DNA from: the human T2T-CHM13v2.0 reference genome, Homo sapiens
Assembly (NCBI RefSeq): GCF_009914755.1
Contig: NC_060927.1
DNA: 64,000 nt
Reading direction: 5' to 3' (one strand)
The notes beneath the pieces are model-generated. The model had not been told where the DNA came from. It saw only the letters and a list, made by a program, of their open reading frames with translations, and ran no database searches. Numbering within the stretch: position 1 is the first letter of the stretch; each line of letters starts with the position of its first letter. Positions 50,537-62,162 of this stretch are shown piece by piece. A program made the translations under genes and the position numbers.

Positions 50537-53406
50537 CTCCCAGTAGGGGCCAACTGACACCTCATAAAGCTGGGTGCCCCTGAGAGACGAAGCTTCCAGA
50601 GGAAGGATCAGGCGGCAACATTTGCTGTTCTGCAATATTTGCTGTTCTGCAGCCTCCACTGGTGATACCCAGGAAAACAATGTCTGGAGTGGACCTCCAG
50701 CAAACTCCAACAGACCCGCAGCTGAGGGACCTGACTGTTAGAAGGAAAACTAACAAACAGAAAGGAATAGCATCAACAGCAACAAAAGGACATACACACC
50801 AAAACCCTATCTGCAGGTCACCATCATCAAAGACCAAAGGTAGATAAAACCACAAAGATAGGGAGAAATCAGAACAGAAAAGCTGAAAATTCTAAAAACC
50901 CCAGAGCGCCTCTTCTCCTCCAAAGGATCGCAGCTCCTCGCCAGCAACAGAACAAAGCTGGACGGAGAATGACTTTGACGAATTGACAGAAGTAGGCTTC
51001 AGAAGGTCGGTAATAACAAACTTCTCCAAGCTAAAGGAGGATGTTGAACCCATTGCAAGGAAGCTAAAAACCTTGAAAAAAGACTAGAAGAATGGCTAAC
51101 TAGAATAAACAGCATAGAGAAGGCCTTAAATGACCTGATGGAGCTGAAAACCATGTCACGAGAACTACGTGACACATGCACAAGCTTCAGTAGCCGATTT
51201 GATCAAGTGGAAGAAAGGGTATCAGTGATTGAAGATCAAATGAATGAAATGAAGCAAGAAGAGAAGTTTAGAGAGAAAAGAGTAAAAAGAAATAAACAAA
51301 GCCTCCAAGAAATGTGGGACTATGTGAAAAGACCAAATCTACATCTGATTGGTGTACCTGAAAGTGACAGGGAGAATGGAACCAAGCTGGAAAACACTCT
51401 TCAGGATATTATCCAGGAGAACTTCCCCAACCTAGCAAGGCAGGCCAACATTCAAATTCAGGAAATACAGAGAACACCACAAAGATACTCCTCGAGAAGA
51501 GCAACCCCAAACACATAATTGTCGGATTCACCAAGGTTGAAATGAAGGAAAAAATGTTAAGGGCAGCCAGAGAGAAAGGTCAGGTTCCAGCAAAGGGAAG
51601 CCCATCAGACTAACAGCAGAAACTCTACAAGCCAGAAGAGAGTGGGATCTCTCAGCAGAAACTCTACAAACCAGAAGAGAGTGGGGGCTGATATTCAACA
51701 TTCTTAAAGAAAAGAATTTTCAACCCAGAATTTCATATCCAGCCAAACTAAGCTTCATAAGTGAAGGAGAAATAAAACCCTTTACAGACAAGCAAATGCT
51801 GAGAGATTTTGTCACCACCAGGCCTGCCTTACAGGAGCTCCTGAAGGAAGCACTAAACATGGAAAGGAACAATTGGTATCAGCCACTGCAAAAACATGCC
51901 AAATTGTAAAGACCATCAATGCTAGGAAGAAACTACATCAACTAACGAGCAAAATAACCAGCTAACATCATAATGACAGGATCTAATTCACACATACCAA
52001 TATTAACCTTGAATGTAAATGGACTAAATGCCCCAATTAAAAGACACAGACTGGCAAGTTGGATAAAGAGTCAAGACCCATCAGTGTGCTGTATTCAGGA
52101 GACCCATCTCACGTGCAGAGACACACATAGGCTCAAAAGAAAGGGATGGAGGAAGATCTACCAGGCAAATGGAAAACAAAAAAAAAAGCAGGGATTGCAA
52201 TCCTAGTCTCTGATAAAATAGACTTTAAACCAACAAAGATCAAAAGAGACACAGAAGGCCATTGCATAATGGTAAAGGGATCAATTCAACAGGAAGAGCT
52301 AACTATCCTAAATATATATGCACCCAATACAGGAGCACCCAGATTCATAAAGCAAGTCCTTAGAGACCTACAAAGAGACTTAGACTCCCATACAATAATA
52401 ATGGGAGACTTTAACACCCCACTGTCAACATTAGACAGATCAATGAGACAGAAAGTTAACAAGGATATCCACGACTTGAACTCAGCTCTCACCAAGCAGA
52501 CCTAATAGATATCTACAGAACTCTCCACCCCAAATCAACAGAATATACATTCTTCTCAGCACTACATCACACTTACTCCAAAATTGAGCACATAGTTGGA
52601 AGTAAAGCACTCCTCAGCAAATATAAAAGAACAGAAATCACAATAAACTGTCTCTCAGACCACAGTGCAATCAAATTAGAACTCAGGATTAAGAAACTCA
52701 CTCAAAACCGTACAACTACATGGAAACTGAACAACCTGCTCCTGAATGACTACTGGGTACATAACAAAATGAAGGCAGAAATAAAGATGTTCTTTGAAAC
52801 CAATGAGAACAAAGACATAATGTACCAGAATCTCTGGGACACATTTAAAGCAGTGTGTAGAGGGACATTTATAGCACTAAATGCCCACAAGAGAAAGCAG
52901 GAAAGGTCTAAAATTGACACCCTAACATCACAATTAAAAGAACTAGAGAAGCAAGAGCAAACACATTCAAAAGCTAGCAGAAGGCAAGAAATAACTAAGA
53001 TCAGGGAGGAACTGAAGGAGATAGAGACACAAAAAGCCCTTCAAAAATCAATGAATCCAGGAGCTGGTTTTTTGAAAAGATCAACAAAATAGACTGTTAG
53101 CAAGATTAATAAAGAAGAAAAGAGAGAAGAATCAAATAGATGCAATAAAAAATGATAAAGGGGTATCACCACCGATCCCACAGAAATACAAACTACTGTC
53201 AGGGAATACTATAAACACCTCTACACAAATAAACTTGAAAATCTAGAAGAAATGGATAAATTCCTGGACACATACACCCTCCCAAGATTAAACCAGGAAG
53301 AAGTTGAATCCCCGAATAGAACAATAACAGGCTCTGAAATTCAGGCAATAATTAATAGCCTACCAACCGAAAAAAGTCCAGGACCAGATGGATTCACAGC
53401 TGAATT
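50537..53406 (+). mobile_element. Inverted 5' segment of the same L1PA (distal 5' UTR, ORF1, ORF2 endonuclease to Z region)
   Basis: Plus-strand ORF1 pieces; ORF2 start MTGSNSHI at 51973; ends at PGPDGFTAE; right TSD at 53405-53419. Confidence 0.96.
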
Positions 53407-53520
53407 GTATCCCCATCTTAAATTAGGTGCTCTGTCTTGGGAATATTTAGGGACTTTGGCTAGAGGAAGTTGTTGTTATAATGAAAATGTAATTTTTTGC
53501 ATTAAAGAAATGCATATTTG

Positions 53521-54130
53521 CCCCCGCCCCCGCCACATCATGAACCTCCCCACCAGAGTGTGCACCTGTTACGCTCTGGAAGCCTGCAGGACACCTCAGT
53601 ATCACCCAGAGTCCCCAGTTTCCACGCAGGCTCACTCTTGCTGTTGCACAGTCTGTGGGTTTGGACAGATTCATAATGACCCTTAGCCACCATTACAGCA
53701 TCACACAGAATAGTGTCACTGCCCTATAAGTCCTCTGTGCTCTGCCTGTTCAGCCCTCTCTCCCCCAGTCTTTCTTTTTTTAATTGTAAATTTTGGGATA
53801 ATTTTAGATTTATGGGACAATTTCAGAGCTAATATGGAAGGGTTCCTGTAAACCATCAGGCAGCCTCCCCTAATACCGGCATCGCAGGTAACCAGGTGTA
53901 TTTGTCACAGTAAGAGGTTACCATTGGTACCTGACTACGCACTAAACTCTAGACGATTTCAGCTTCACCGGTTTTTCCACGAAGGTCCTTTTTCTGTCCC
54001 CAGATGGAATCCAGGACCCTGCGTTTTATGGATTTGTCGAGCCTCGTTAGTCTCCTCTGCCGCATGTGAGTTTTCTAATTTGTCCTTGTTTCCACATTCT
54101 GTTTTGTGTGCTTGTGTGTGGGAAGTTTAA
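53521..54130 (-). mobile_element. Old L1MC-type 3' UTR fragments
   Basis: tcatcacccagagtccccagtt...gggtttggacaga...cagaatagtgtcactgcccta-like motif; second fragment tttgggataattttagattta. Confidence 0.55.
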
Positions 54131-55428
54131 CGCCCTACAAAAAACACCACAGGGCTCTGGTACTGCCAACAGTTGGACACAGTGTTTCCAGCGGGTATGG
54201 GCCGTGTTCACAGGCACCTGCTTCCCGTCTCCCGTGTGCGCTTGTGCCTGCTTTGCTGTCTTCTGGGAGTCTGTGCCGTGCTATTTTCTTGGAAGAAATC
54301 CACGAGGGGCCACAGACGCACTTCTCTGGGCATAGATTGCTTTCCTTCACTGATTTTCCATGAACTTCCAGTAGAGGTGGTCCAGGCTATAAGGTCCGTC
54401 TGCAGGCCACGCGTGGCCGGGCGGTGTTGGAGTAGTCGGAGTGCTCAGGTGTGTTGGAGGGCTGGCCCCCTGTGCCAGCCTGGCCTGGAGAGACACTTGG
54501 CATCCAGCCAGAAGGTGGAACGTCTGTCTGGTTGTGTTCCACACCATTGCTTTTTGACACCAGGCAGTTTCTGAAAAGTCTCCTTCAGAATACCCCAGGC
54601 TGTGTATGTGCCAGTGAATTTAGGCAAAGTTGAGGAGGATGAGGAAACCCTGGAGTGTCTGCTCTGTGTCAGGTGCTGTGCTGGGTGCGGCCCGAGAGAC
54701 AAGCACCAGGCACTGCTCAGTGGCTCCTCCTGGGGCCTTGGTCACACTGTAAGCTGAGTGCAGCAGGGCCGGCCGCTTCCTATGGCCCTACCTCACCCCA
54801 GGTCCTGCATTCCCTGGGAGGCTTCATACTCCACCTTTGCGCCAGGCCTGAGTGCCCATCTGCAGACAGCATGTACTAGCTGGGAACGCTCAGTGTGGAG
54901 TCTGCTGTCCTCTGCCGCTCATCCCCCTCTCATCTGGGCCTGGGGCTGTTATCCCAGTCCATGCCTAAGAAATCAAGGCACTGACACCAGATAGCTACCC
55001 GCCCCCACCACCCCAAACACACACGCATGCACACACTTCGCTTCCTCCTGTAATCCCCACTAGGGAAATTGGCTCACAGACTGTCCAGGCTCATTTGCGG
55101 ATGTGTTTATTTGCCTGTGCCCCCACCATAGCTATAATGTGTGCTCCGCAGGTGCTGAGAGCTCGTGCTCTCATTACAGGCAGTGATTTCCAGGATTAGT
55201 AGAACCTGTTGGGGTTGGAAGCGGACACCTGGAGCTTGCTGTGTGCCTGGCCTGGGTTAGAGGTCGGCCAAGATGCCTGTGCCCCCTCCCTGTGCCACGT
55301 GTCCCCTCACGGGATCCCTTGAGCAGTTTCCTGCTGGTACTGAACGACTCCCACATCTGCAGGAGTCTTGGACGGTGGCCATCTGTTGAGCCTTGAGGTC
55401 ATTTCCAGGTGTGAGGTCTCCTGTTTGA

Positions 55429-55815
<387 letters not shown>

Positions 55816-56092
55816 TGACTGCCCTTACAGGCATAAGCCACCTCGCTCAGCCTATTTGTAAGGCTTTTGATACATGGGACTTATTGCTTTCCAACAAAAC
55901 AATCTTAACAATGCATAAGTACCTGGAGAAGAGTCAGAAAAATGTTGTATCCTGCTGCTATCCTTACATTTGAGAATTCCCCAGGTAATGCCATTCATGT
56001 ACCTTTTTTATGGAGCAAGTAAAAACCATCTGTATGAGTGTCCATGTGCCCCTTCTACATTATACTTGATAATCATATAAATACACCATCAT

Positions 56093-56376
56093 AGGCCAGG
56101 CACAATGTCTCACACCTGTAATCCTAGCACTTTGGGAGGCCAAGGCAGGAGGATTACTTGAGCTTAGGAGTATAAGACCAGCCTATGCCACAAAGCAAGA
56201 CCTTAACTCTATAAAAAAGTTTTTAAAAATTAGCCAGGCATGGTGATGTATGCATGCTTGTGGTCCCAGATACTAGGGAGGCCAAGGCAGGAGAATCAGT
56301 TGACTCTGGGAGCCACTGCACTCCAGCCTGGGCAACAAATTGAGACCCTGTCGCAAAAGAAACAAAAATAAACAAA
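56093..56376 (+). mobile_element. Alu (AluJ) with right-arm deletion
   Basis: ggccaggcacaatgtctcacacctgtaatcc...; TSD-like aatacacca / aaatcacca. Confidence 0.85.
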
Positions 56377-56744
56377 ATCACCAGTGTAATTCCTAATCTC
56401 AGTGGAGGGACAGGGCTCTCATCTTTGGGATGGGAACTCATCCATATTGTAGCACTTGTCACTTCACTGAATGGTTACACCCTGAACAAAATGAAGTTTT
56501 CCTGGAGTTTTCTTTGCCCACAGCTTTAAATGCTGATTCCCCGCTGGAAAAGCCAGACCAGGTGGTGACAAGGCCCCCACAGCCCTTCCTTTCTGGCAGT
56601 CCCTGTTAACTGTCAGTGGGGCCACGTGCGAGGCAGCTGCTTGGCTTCTGAGGGTGAGGCTGGTGGTCGCTGTGGTCTTTGCCAAAGTGTAAGTCTGCAA
56701 GGCTTGGAGGTGGCGCCAGGGGCAGCTGCTGTCTTCAGTGCTGA

Positions 56745-57014
<270 letters not shown>

Positions 57015-57649
57015 TAGAGGGCAGCTTCAGTCAGGGAGGTGAAGGTGCTGCTGGCGGAGGTGCTGAAGAGGCAGAACCCACCTGTGAGGTGGGCCCCAAG
57101 CCCTGGGTAGAATCGAGCCTGGCGCTCAGGGGCCCCTGCAGCAGGGTCTGTGTGCTCAGAGCTGTGGCGGACCCTGGAGCCAGACCCTGCTGGTCACAGC
57201 GCTGGTCCTTGGTGCAGCACATCTTGGGGAAGCCAACATTCTCAGCCATGATGAGAGGCTAGGAGAGGCTGGCTGGGGCCATGCCTCCTGCTCCGGCTTT
57301 CGGGGCAGGTTTTGCTTCCTGGTCCAGACCTTAGAGCCAGTGTGCCAGGCAGGGAAGGTCCTTTTATTCTGGAGGAGACTGAAGCATGGAGTGGGGTGAG
57401 ATGCAGGGTGTACAGGGCCCTGCCTGTCAGCATGGGATTCACCTTTTTTCTCTAAGCAGAGGGAAGCTGAGGAAAGGGTGGGTGCAGAAGGTGATGGGAT
57501 CCTGTCTGCAGGGTTTATGGGGAGTATAAGCTGTTCTTGGGAGCAGAATGAGCAAAGTTTGAGTCCACCTTGCGGCCAGGCATTCCTACGGGCACTTCAC
57601 ACACCCTAGCTCATTTCCCGTATGGCGACTGGACGATGCATAGAGAATG

Positions 57650-58210
57650 AACACACCCACACGCTCACCCGAGTGTGCACACACAGAACCCACACGCTCG
57701 CCAGAGTGTGCACACACACAGAGAACCCACACGCTCACCCGAGTGTGCACACACAGAGAACCCACACGCTCGCCAGAGTGTGCACACAGAGAACCCACAC
57801 GCTCGCCAGAGTGTGCACACACACAGAGAACCCACACGCTCACCCGAGTGTGCACACACAGAACCCACACGCTCACCCGAGTGTGCACACACAGAGAACC
57901 CACACGCTCACCCGAGTGTGCACACACAGAACCCACACGCTCACCCGAGTGTGCACACACAGAGAACCCACACGCTCACCCGAGTGTGCACACACAGAAC
58001 CCACACGCTCACCCGAGTGTGCACACACAGAGAACCCACACGCTCACCCGAGTGTGCACACACAGAACCCACACGCTCACCCGAGTGTGCACACACAGAG
58101 AACCCACACGCTCGCCAGAGTGTGCACACACACAGAGAACCCACACGCTCACCCGAGTGTGCACACACAGAGAACCCACACGCTCGCCAGAGTGTGCACA
58201 CACACAGAAC
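57650..58210 (+). repeat. Minisatellite/VNTR, 16 copies of a 33-37 bp unit GAACCCACACGCTC(ACCC/GCCA)GAGTGTGCACACACA(GA)
   Basis: 16 occurrences of GAGTGTGCAC counted by eye. Confidence 0.96.
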
Positions 58211-58263
58211 AGATGTGGAGCTAATATGCAGCCGAGCCTGGCCCCAGAGTTTACCCTCCTAGG

Positions 58264-58474
58264 CAGGGGGTGGCAAACTTCTGTGGAGGGCTGGATGTAA
58301 ATATTGTGGGCTTTCCTGGCCACATGGTGTCTGTGGCAACTCAGCTCTGCCATTGTCCCACTACAGCAGCCTTAGATGATGTGGAAATGAATGGGCATGG
58401 CTATGTTCTAATAAAACTTTATTTATAGAAATAGGGGGCTAGATTTGCCCCAGGAGCTGTAGTTTGCACTTCCT
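58264..58474 (+). mobile_element. MER58A-like hAT-Charlie DNA transposon
   Basis: Terminal inverted repeats cagggggtggcaaact / agtttgcacttcctg; internal aataaaactttattta. Confidence 0.8.
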
Positions 58475-58524
58475 GTTCATGACTACTCTGTTCTGTTTCC
58501 TGCCTAAGTCACTTTTTAAAAAAT

Positions 58525-59235
58525 AGGTATTTATTTTTATCAACATTTGTATCACATGAAATTCACCCATTTTAAGGATACTATTCAGCATTTTTTGGTA
58601 GATTCATACAGCTGTGCAACCATCACCAATATCCAATTTCAGAACATTTTCATCACCCCAAAAGGAAGCTCCATACTCACTGCAGTCACTCCCTCTTCTC
58701 TCCTCTCTCCAGCCCCTGATAACCACGAATCTGCTTTCTGTCTCTTTGCATTTGCCTGTTCTGGACGTTTCATGGGAATAGAATCGCACAGTGCATGCAG
58801 CCATATACATCCATGCGTACAGTGTTTGGTGACTTGTTTCTCTCACTGAGCACGTTTTCAAAGTTCATCTGTGTTGTTGCGTGTGTCCACGCTTTGTTCC
58901 TTTGTGTTGCCACATAACTTTCCATTGCAGGGATCAACTGCGTTTTGCTTCGCTGTTCATCCTTTGATGGACTCGGGTTGTTCTTACATTTTGGTGGTTA
59001 TGAGTAATGGTGCTGTGAGCATTCACATGTGGATGTGTGTTTTCCGGTCTCTTGGGTAGACATGGAGGAGTGGAACTGCTGGGGCGTAGGAAAACTCTGT
59101 GTTTAACTGTTCGGGAGCTGCCAGGTGGTTTCCCAAGTGGCTGCCCCTTTTCAGATTCCCAGGGGCAGTGTGTGAAGGTGCCACCATCTCCATGTCCTGG
59201 CCAGCACTTGCTATGGCTCATTCTCGTGGTTCTAG
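58525..59235 (-). mobile_element. Old L1M 3' fragment (L1MB/L1ME)
   Basis: aaattcacccattttaag...ccaatttcagaacattttcatcaccccaaaagg, an L1M 3' UTR motif. Confidence 0.75.
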
Positions 59236-59859
59236 TTAAGCCCATTTAAAGTCACTTCTTTCCTGAGTGTGCATCTGTTCTCCCCAGGCGGGTGGTGGGG
59301 ATGTCAGGACTGGGGAGGCGCCTGCTCTGGGCCTTCCCTGGCCACCATCATGCCACGACGTCCCAGCAACCCTGGTGGTTTTCTCTTACACTCCCCCCAC
59401 TCCTGAAGGGTTGATGGCACCTGCATCCAGTTCCAGAGTAGGATGTCATCTGGTCTCCACAGACTGGCTCATTTACCAGCAGCCCATCTCAAGGCCCCAC
59501 CTTTGCAGCAAGGAAATGGTTAACTCCCTTGTTTGCCCACTATGAGGGTGTCATGCTTTCTACTTGGTCCTCCTTGCCCCGAAATACTTTGATGAGTATT
59601 TTTGTCATCCCTTTTGCCTTTTTTTTCTGAGCCTGCAACCTCTTTTCTGGTCAGAGTCTCCATTGTGAAGATGAACTTGACCCTTGGAAGCTTTTAGAGT
59701 CTGGCAGTCCCAGAAAGGATGTGCCTTATCTAGATTGATGAGTGTCAAGAAAGAGAATTGCTGAATAAACTGTGGTAGGTGGCTGCCCCTGGGTGTCGGG
59801 AAGTGTGCTATTCCCTTAGTAAGTACAGTGTCTTATTGTGCTTATAAATGGTCTGATGC

Positions 59860-59985
59860 CCACTATATAGATGAGGAAGCTGAGGCCCAGAGAGCTTCAG
59901 TAACTTGCCCACGGTCACACAGCTCATGGGTGGCTGAGCAGGGGCTGGGATCCAGGATGTCTGACTCTGTCGCCTGAGCTCTTTC
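59860..59985. mobile_element. MIR remnant
   Basis: agatgaggaagctgaggcccagagag...acttgcccacggtcacacagct. Confidence 0.75.
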
Positions 59986-60823
59986 CCGCTGGATGCACTG
60001 CCTGTCTCCTACTGCTGCATTTTCCTGGGCATTGGGGGCCCTCCCCACGTGGCTGGGATCTGCCTTTTTGGCCAGAAGCCACCTGCAGAGTGCCTGCCTC
60101 CAGTCAGTGTTGTCATAGCTATTTCCTGGCCCACCCATGGCTCTTGTATCAGCAGAACTGGACTAGCTCAGGGTCTCTAAAGATGCCCCTTCCTCACCTT
60201 TCCTTTTGCCACCTCTTCTGCCTGGAGCACCTTCCCCTCCTGAACTCTGCTTTCAGAAGCCATGCTTCCTCTGGCATTGCCTCTCAGGTGTCCCCTCCTC
60301 CAGGGAGCCCTCCTTGGCTGCCCAAGGTGGGACTTGTTCTTCCCTTCGATGTCCCTCAGCTTTGCAGTGGCCCCTGCCCTAGGGTACAAGGACATTTTCT
60401 ACTGTGGCTTGTCAAGGTCAGCACTAGGAGGACAGAACTAGGATCAGTAAATTCTTTTGGACCCTTCTGTGTCTCACACTGGATTTTGGGCCCAGCCGGC
60501 ATTGGGTAAATGTTTGCTAGGTTGAATTACCTAACATTTTCCTTCAGCTCTCCTGCAGGACAGGGGAGGTGGATCCTCTGGAGACTGGACCCCTGGCTTT
60601 CCTGGATAATATCTAAACTTGACTGTGAGGCTTTAAGGTCTAGGGCTCTGTCTGTTGCACATACTAGGTACTGATAGCTTCTTCTAGGGTGGAAAAAGCA
60701 AACTTTGGGCAGAGGTTTCCTGAGAGCTTTACCTGTCCCCTTGTCTCTCTTAGGGGCACTCACCTGCAGCAGGCCTGGGAAGGCAAACTCCTTGCCTTGA
60801 TTTCCCCAGAGCCCACGCAGGCA

Positions 60824-62065
60824 GGTAACATTAAGGATGGTAACATTAAGATCACGAACTTTGGCTTCGGTACCACATTCCATGAGGAACAGCTGATAGC
60901 CCTTTATGGCACCTACCACTACATGGCCCTGGAACTCTTCCTGGGCCAGGGCTCCCAATGCCCCGCCATGAATGTTTGGAGCCTTGGAATAACGTTATAT
61001 CACATGGTGGGCAAAGTTCTGCCCTTCTGCTCAGGCAGCGTTACGGTCTTCACGGCAAAAATTTAAAATGGAAGATATTTTTCCCCATTGTATTTTTCCC
61101 AAGGTCTCAAAAGCCTCAATAATAAACTATTAAGAGTAGACCCCAGGAAGCAGACAGCACTAGAAGAAGTGATGAGGGACCTGTGGGTGAACAGTGGCCA
61201 GGAGTTGCCTCTGACAACATATGAAGAACAAATCCTGGACCACTTATACCCCAAAACAACCCAGCTCTTGGTGGCCATGGGATTCCAGGCCGAGAACCTA
61301 TCCATGGCAATCAAAGAAGAATTGTTCAGTTTTCCCATGGCCTCCTACATTATTTTGGAAGAAACAAAACGAAAGAAGCAGTTTACTATCAGACCACAGT
61401 CCCTTCCTTTTGGGGTTCCCAACTGTTTTTCCCTATCCATTGAAGTTTCCACCTTTTTTCTCCCACTGAAGTGGACTCATAGCATTCAGCAGAAGAGCCC
61501 CTTTCTGGCCAGTGCACCTGCTGGCGTGCAGAGAAGCCAGAGAGCTTCAATCAAGCCCCCCCAGTGTGATCCTGTGGCGTCTCTCTCCATCCAGCGCACC
61601 AGCAGCAGTGGTGGAGACCCAGAAATATCCCTGGCTCAACAAGCCCCCCAGCATGACCCTGTGGCCTTTCCCTCCACCCAGAGCACCAGCAGCAGTGGTG
61701 CAGACCCAGAAACTACCCAGGCTCAACAAGGCCCCCAGCATGACCCTGTGGCCTCCCCCTCCACCCAGAACACCAGCAGCAGTGGTGGAGACCCAGAAAC
61801 GTCCCTGGCTCAACAAGCCTTCCAGTATCAGCCTGTGGCCTTCTTCTCCACCCAGAGCACCAGTAGCAGTGGCGGAGACCCAGAAACGTCCCTGACACAG
61901 CAACAACCATCCCAGGACGCCAGCGTCATTCAAGCTGGGCAGGCTGAGGCTGTGATGTCAGCCTCGCCAACAAGAAGCTGGCACTGCCACAGTGCTGCCA
62001 GGATATGCATTTCCATTATTTTAAAATGTTTTTGCCTGTGTCCACCACAGAAAAGGAGGAACTAG
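60824..62065 (+). pseudogene. Intronless MARK/SMOK-like Ser/Thr kinase pseudogene, unit 1 (5'-truncated at subdomain VII; C-lobe, UBA-like region, 87-bp repeats, Cys-rich tail)
   Basis: DGNIKITNFGFG (DFG>NFG), GTYHYMALELF (APE>ALE), NVWSLGITLYHMV; stop at 61064-61066; then LLVAMGF...MASYIIL, UBA-like. Confidence 0.85.
61562..61905 (+). repeat. Four copies of an 87-bp (29-codon) tandem repeat
   Basis: cagcatgaccc recurs at 61649 and 61736; peptide unit QHDPVASPSTQSTSSSGGDPETSLAQQAP. Confidence 0.93.
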
Positions 62066-62162
62066 ATGACCCCAACATAGTTGCATGGCTGAAGACAAAA
62101 ATCAAGTAGGTAGGGTCAGTATTGTGAGCATAGTCACTACACTTAGAGTAGTTTTATAGTCA

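Noticed and set aside
57586-58353. Long ORFs in all frames and a CRISPR-like look
   Set aside because: Artefact of a stop-free tandem repeat. There are no unique spacers, no cas genes, and the context is primate nuclear DNA.
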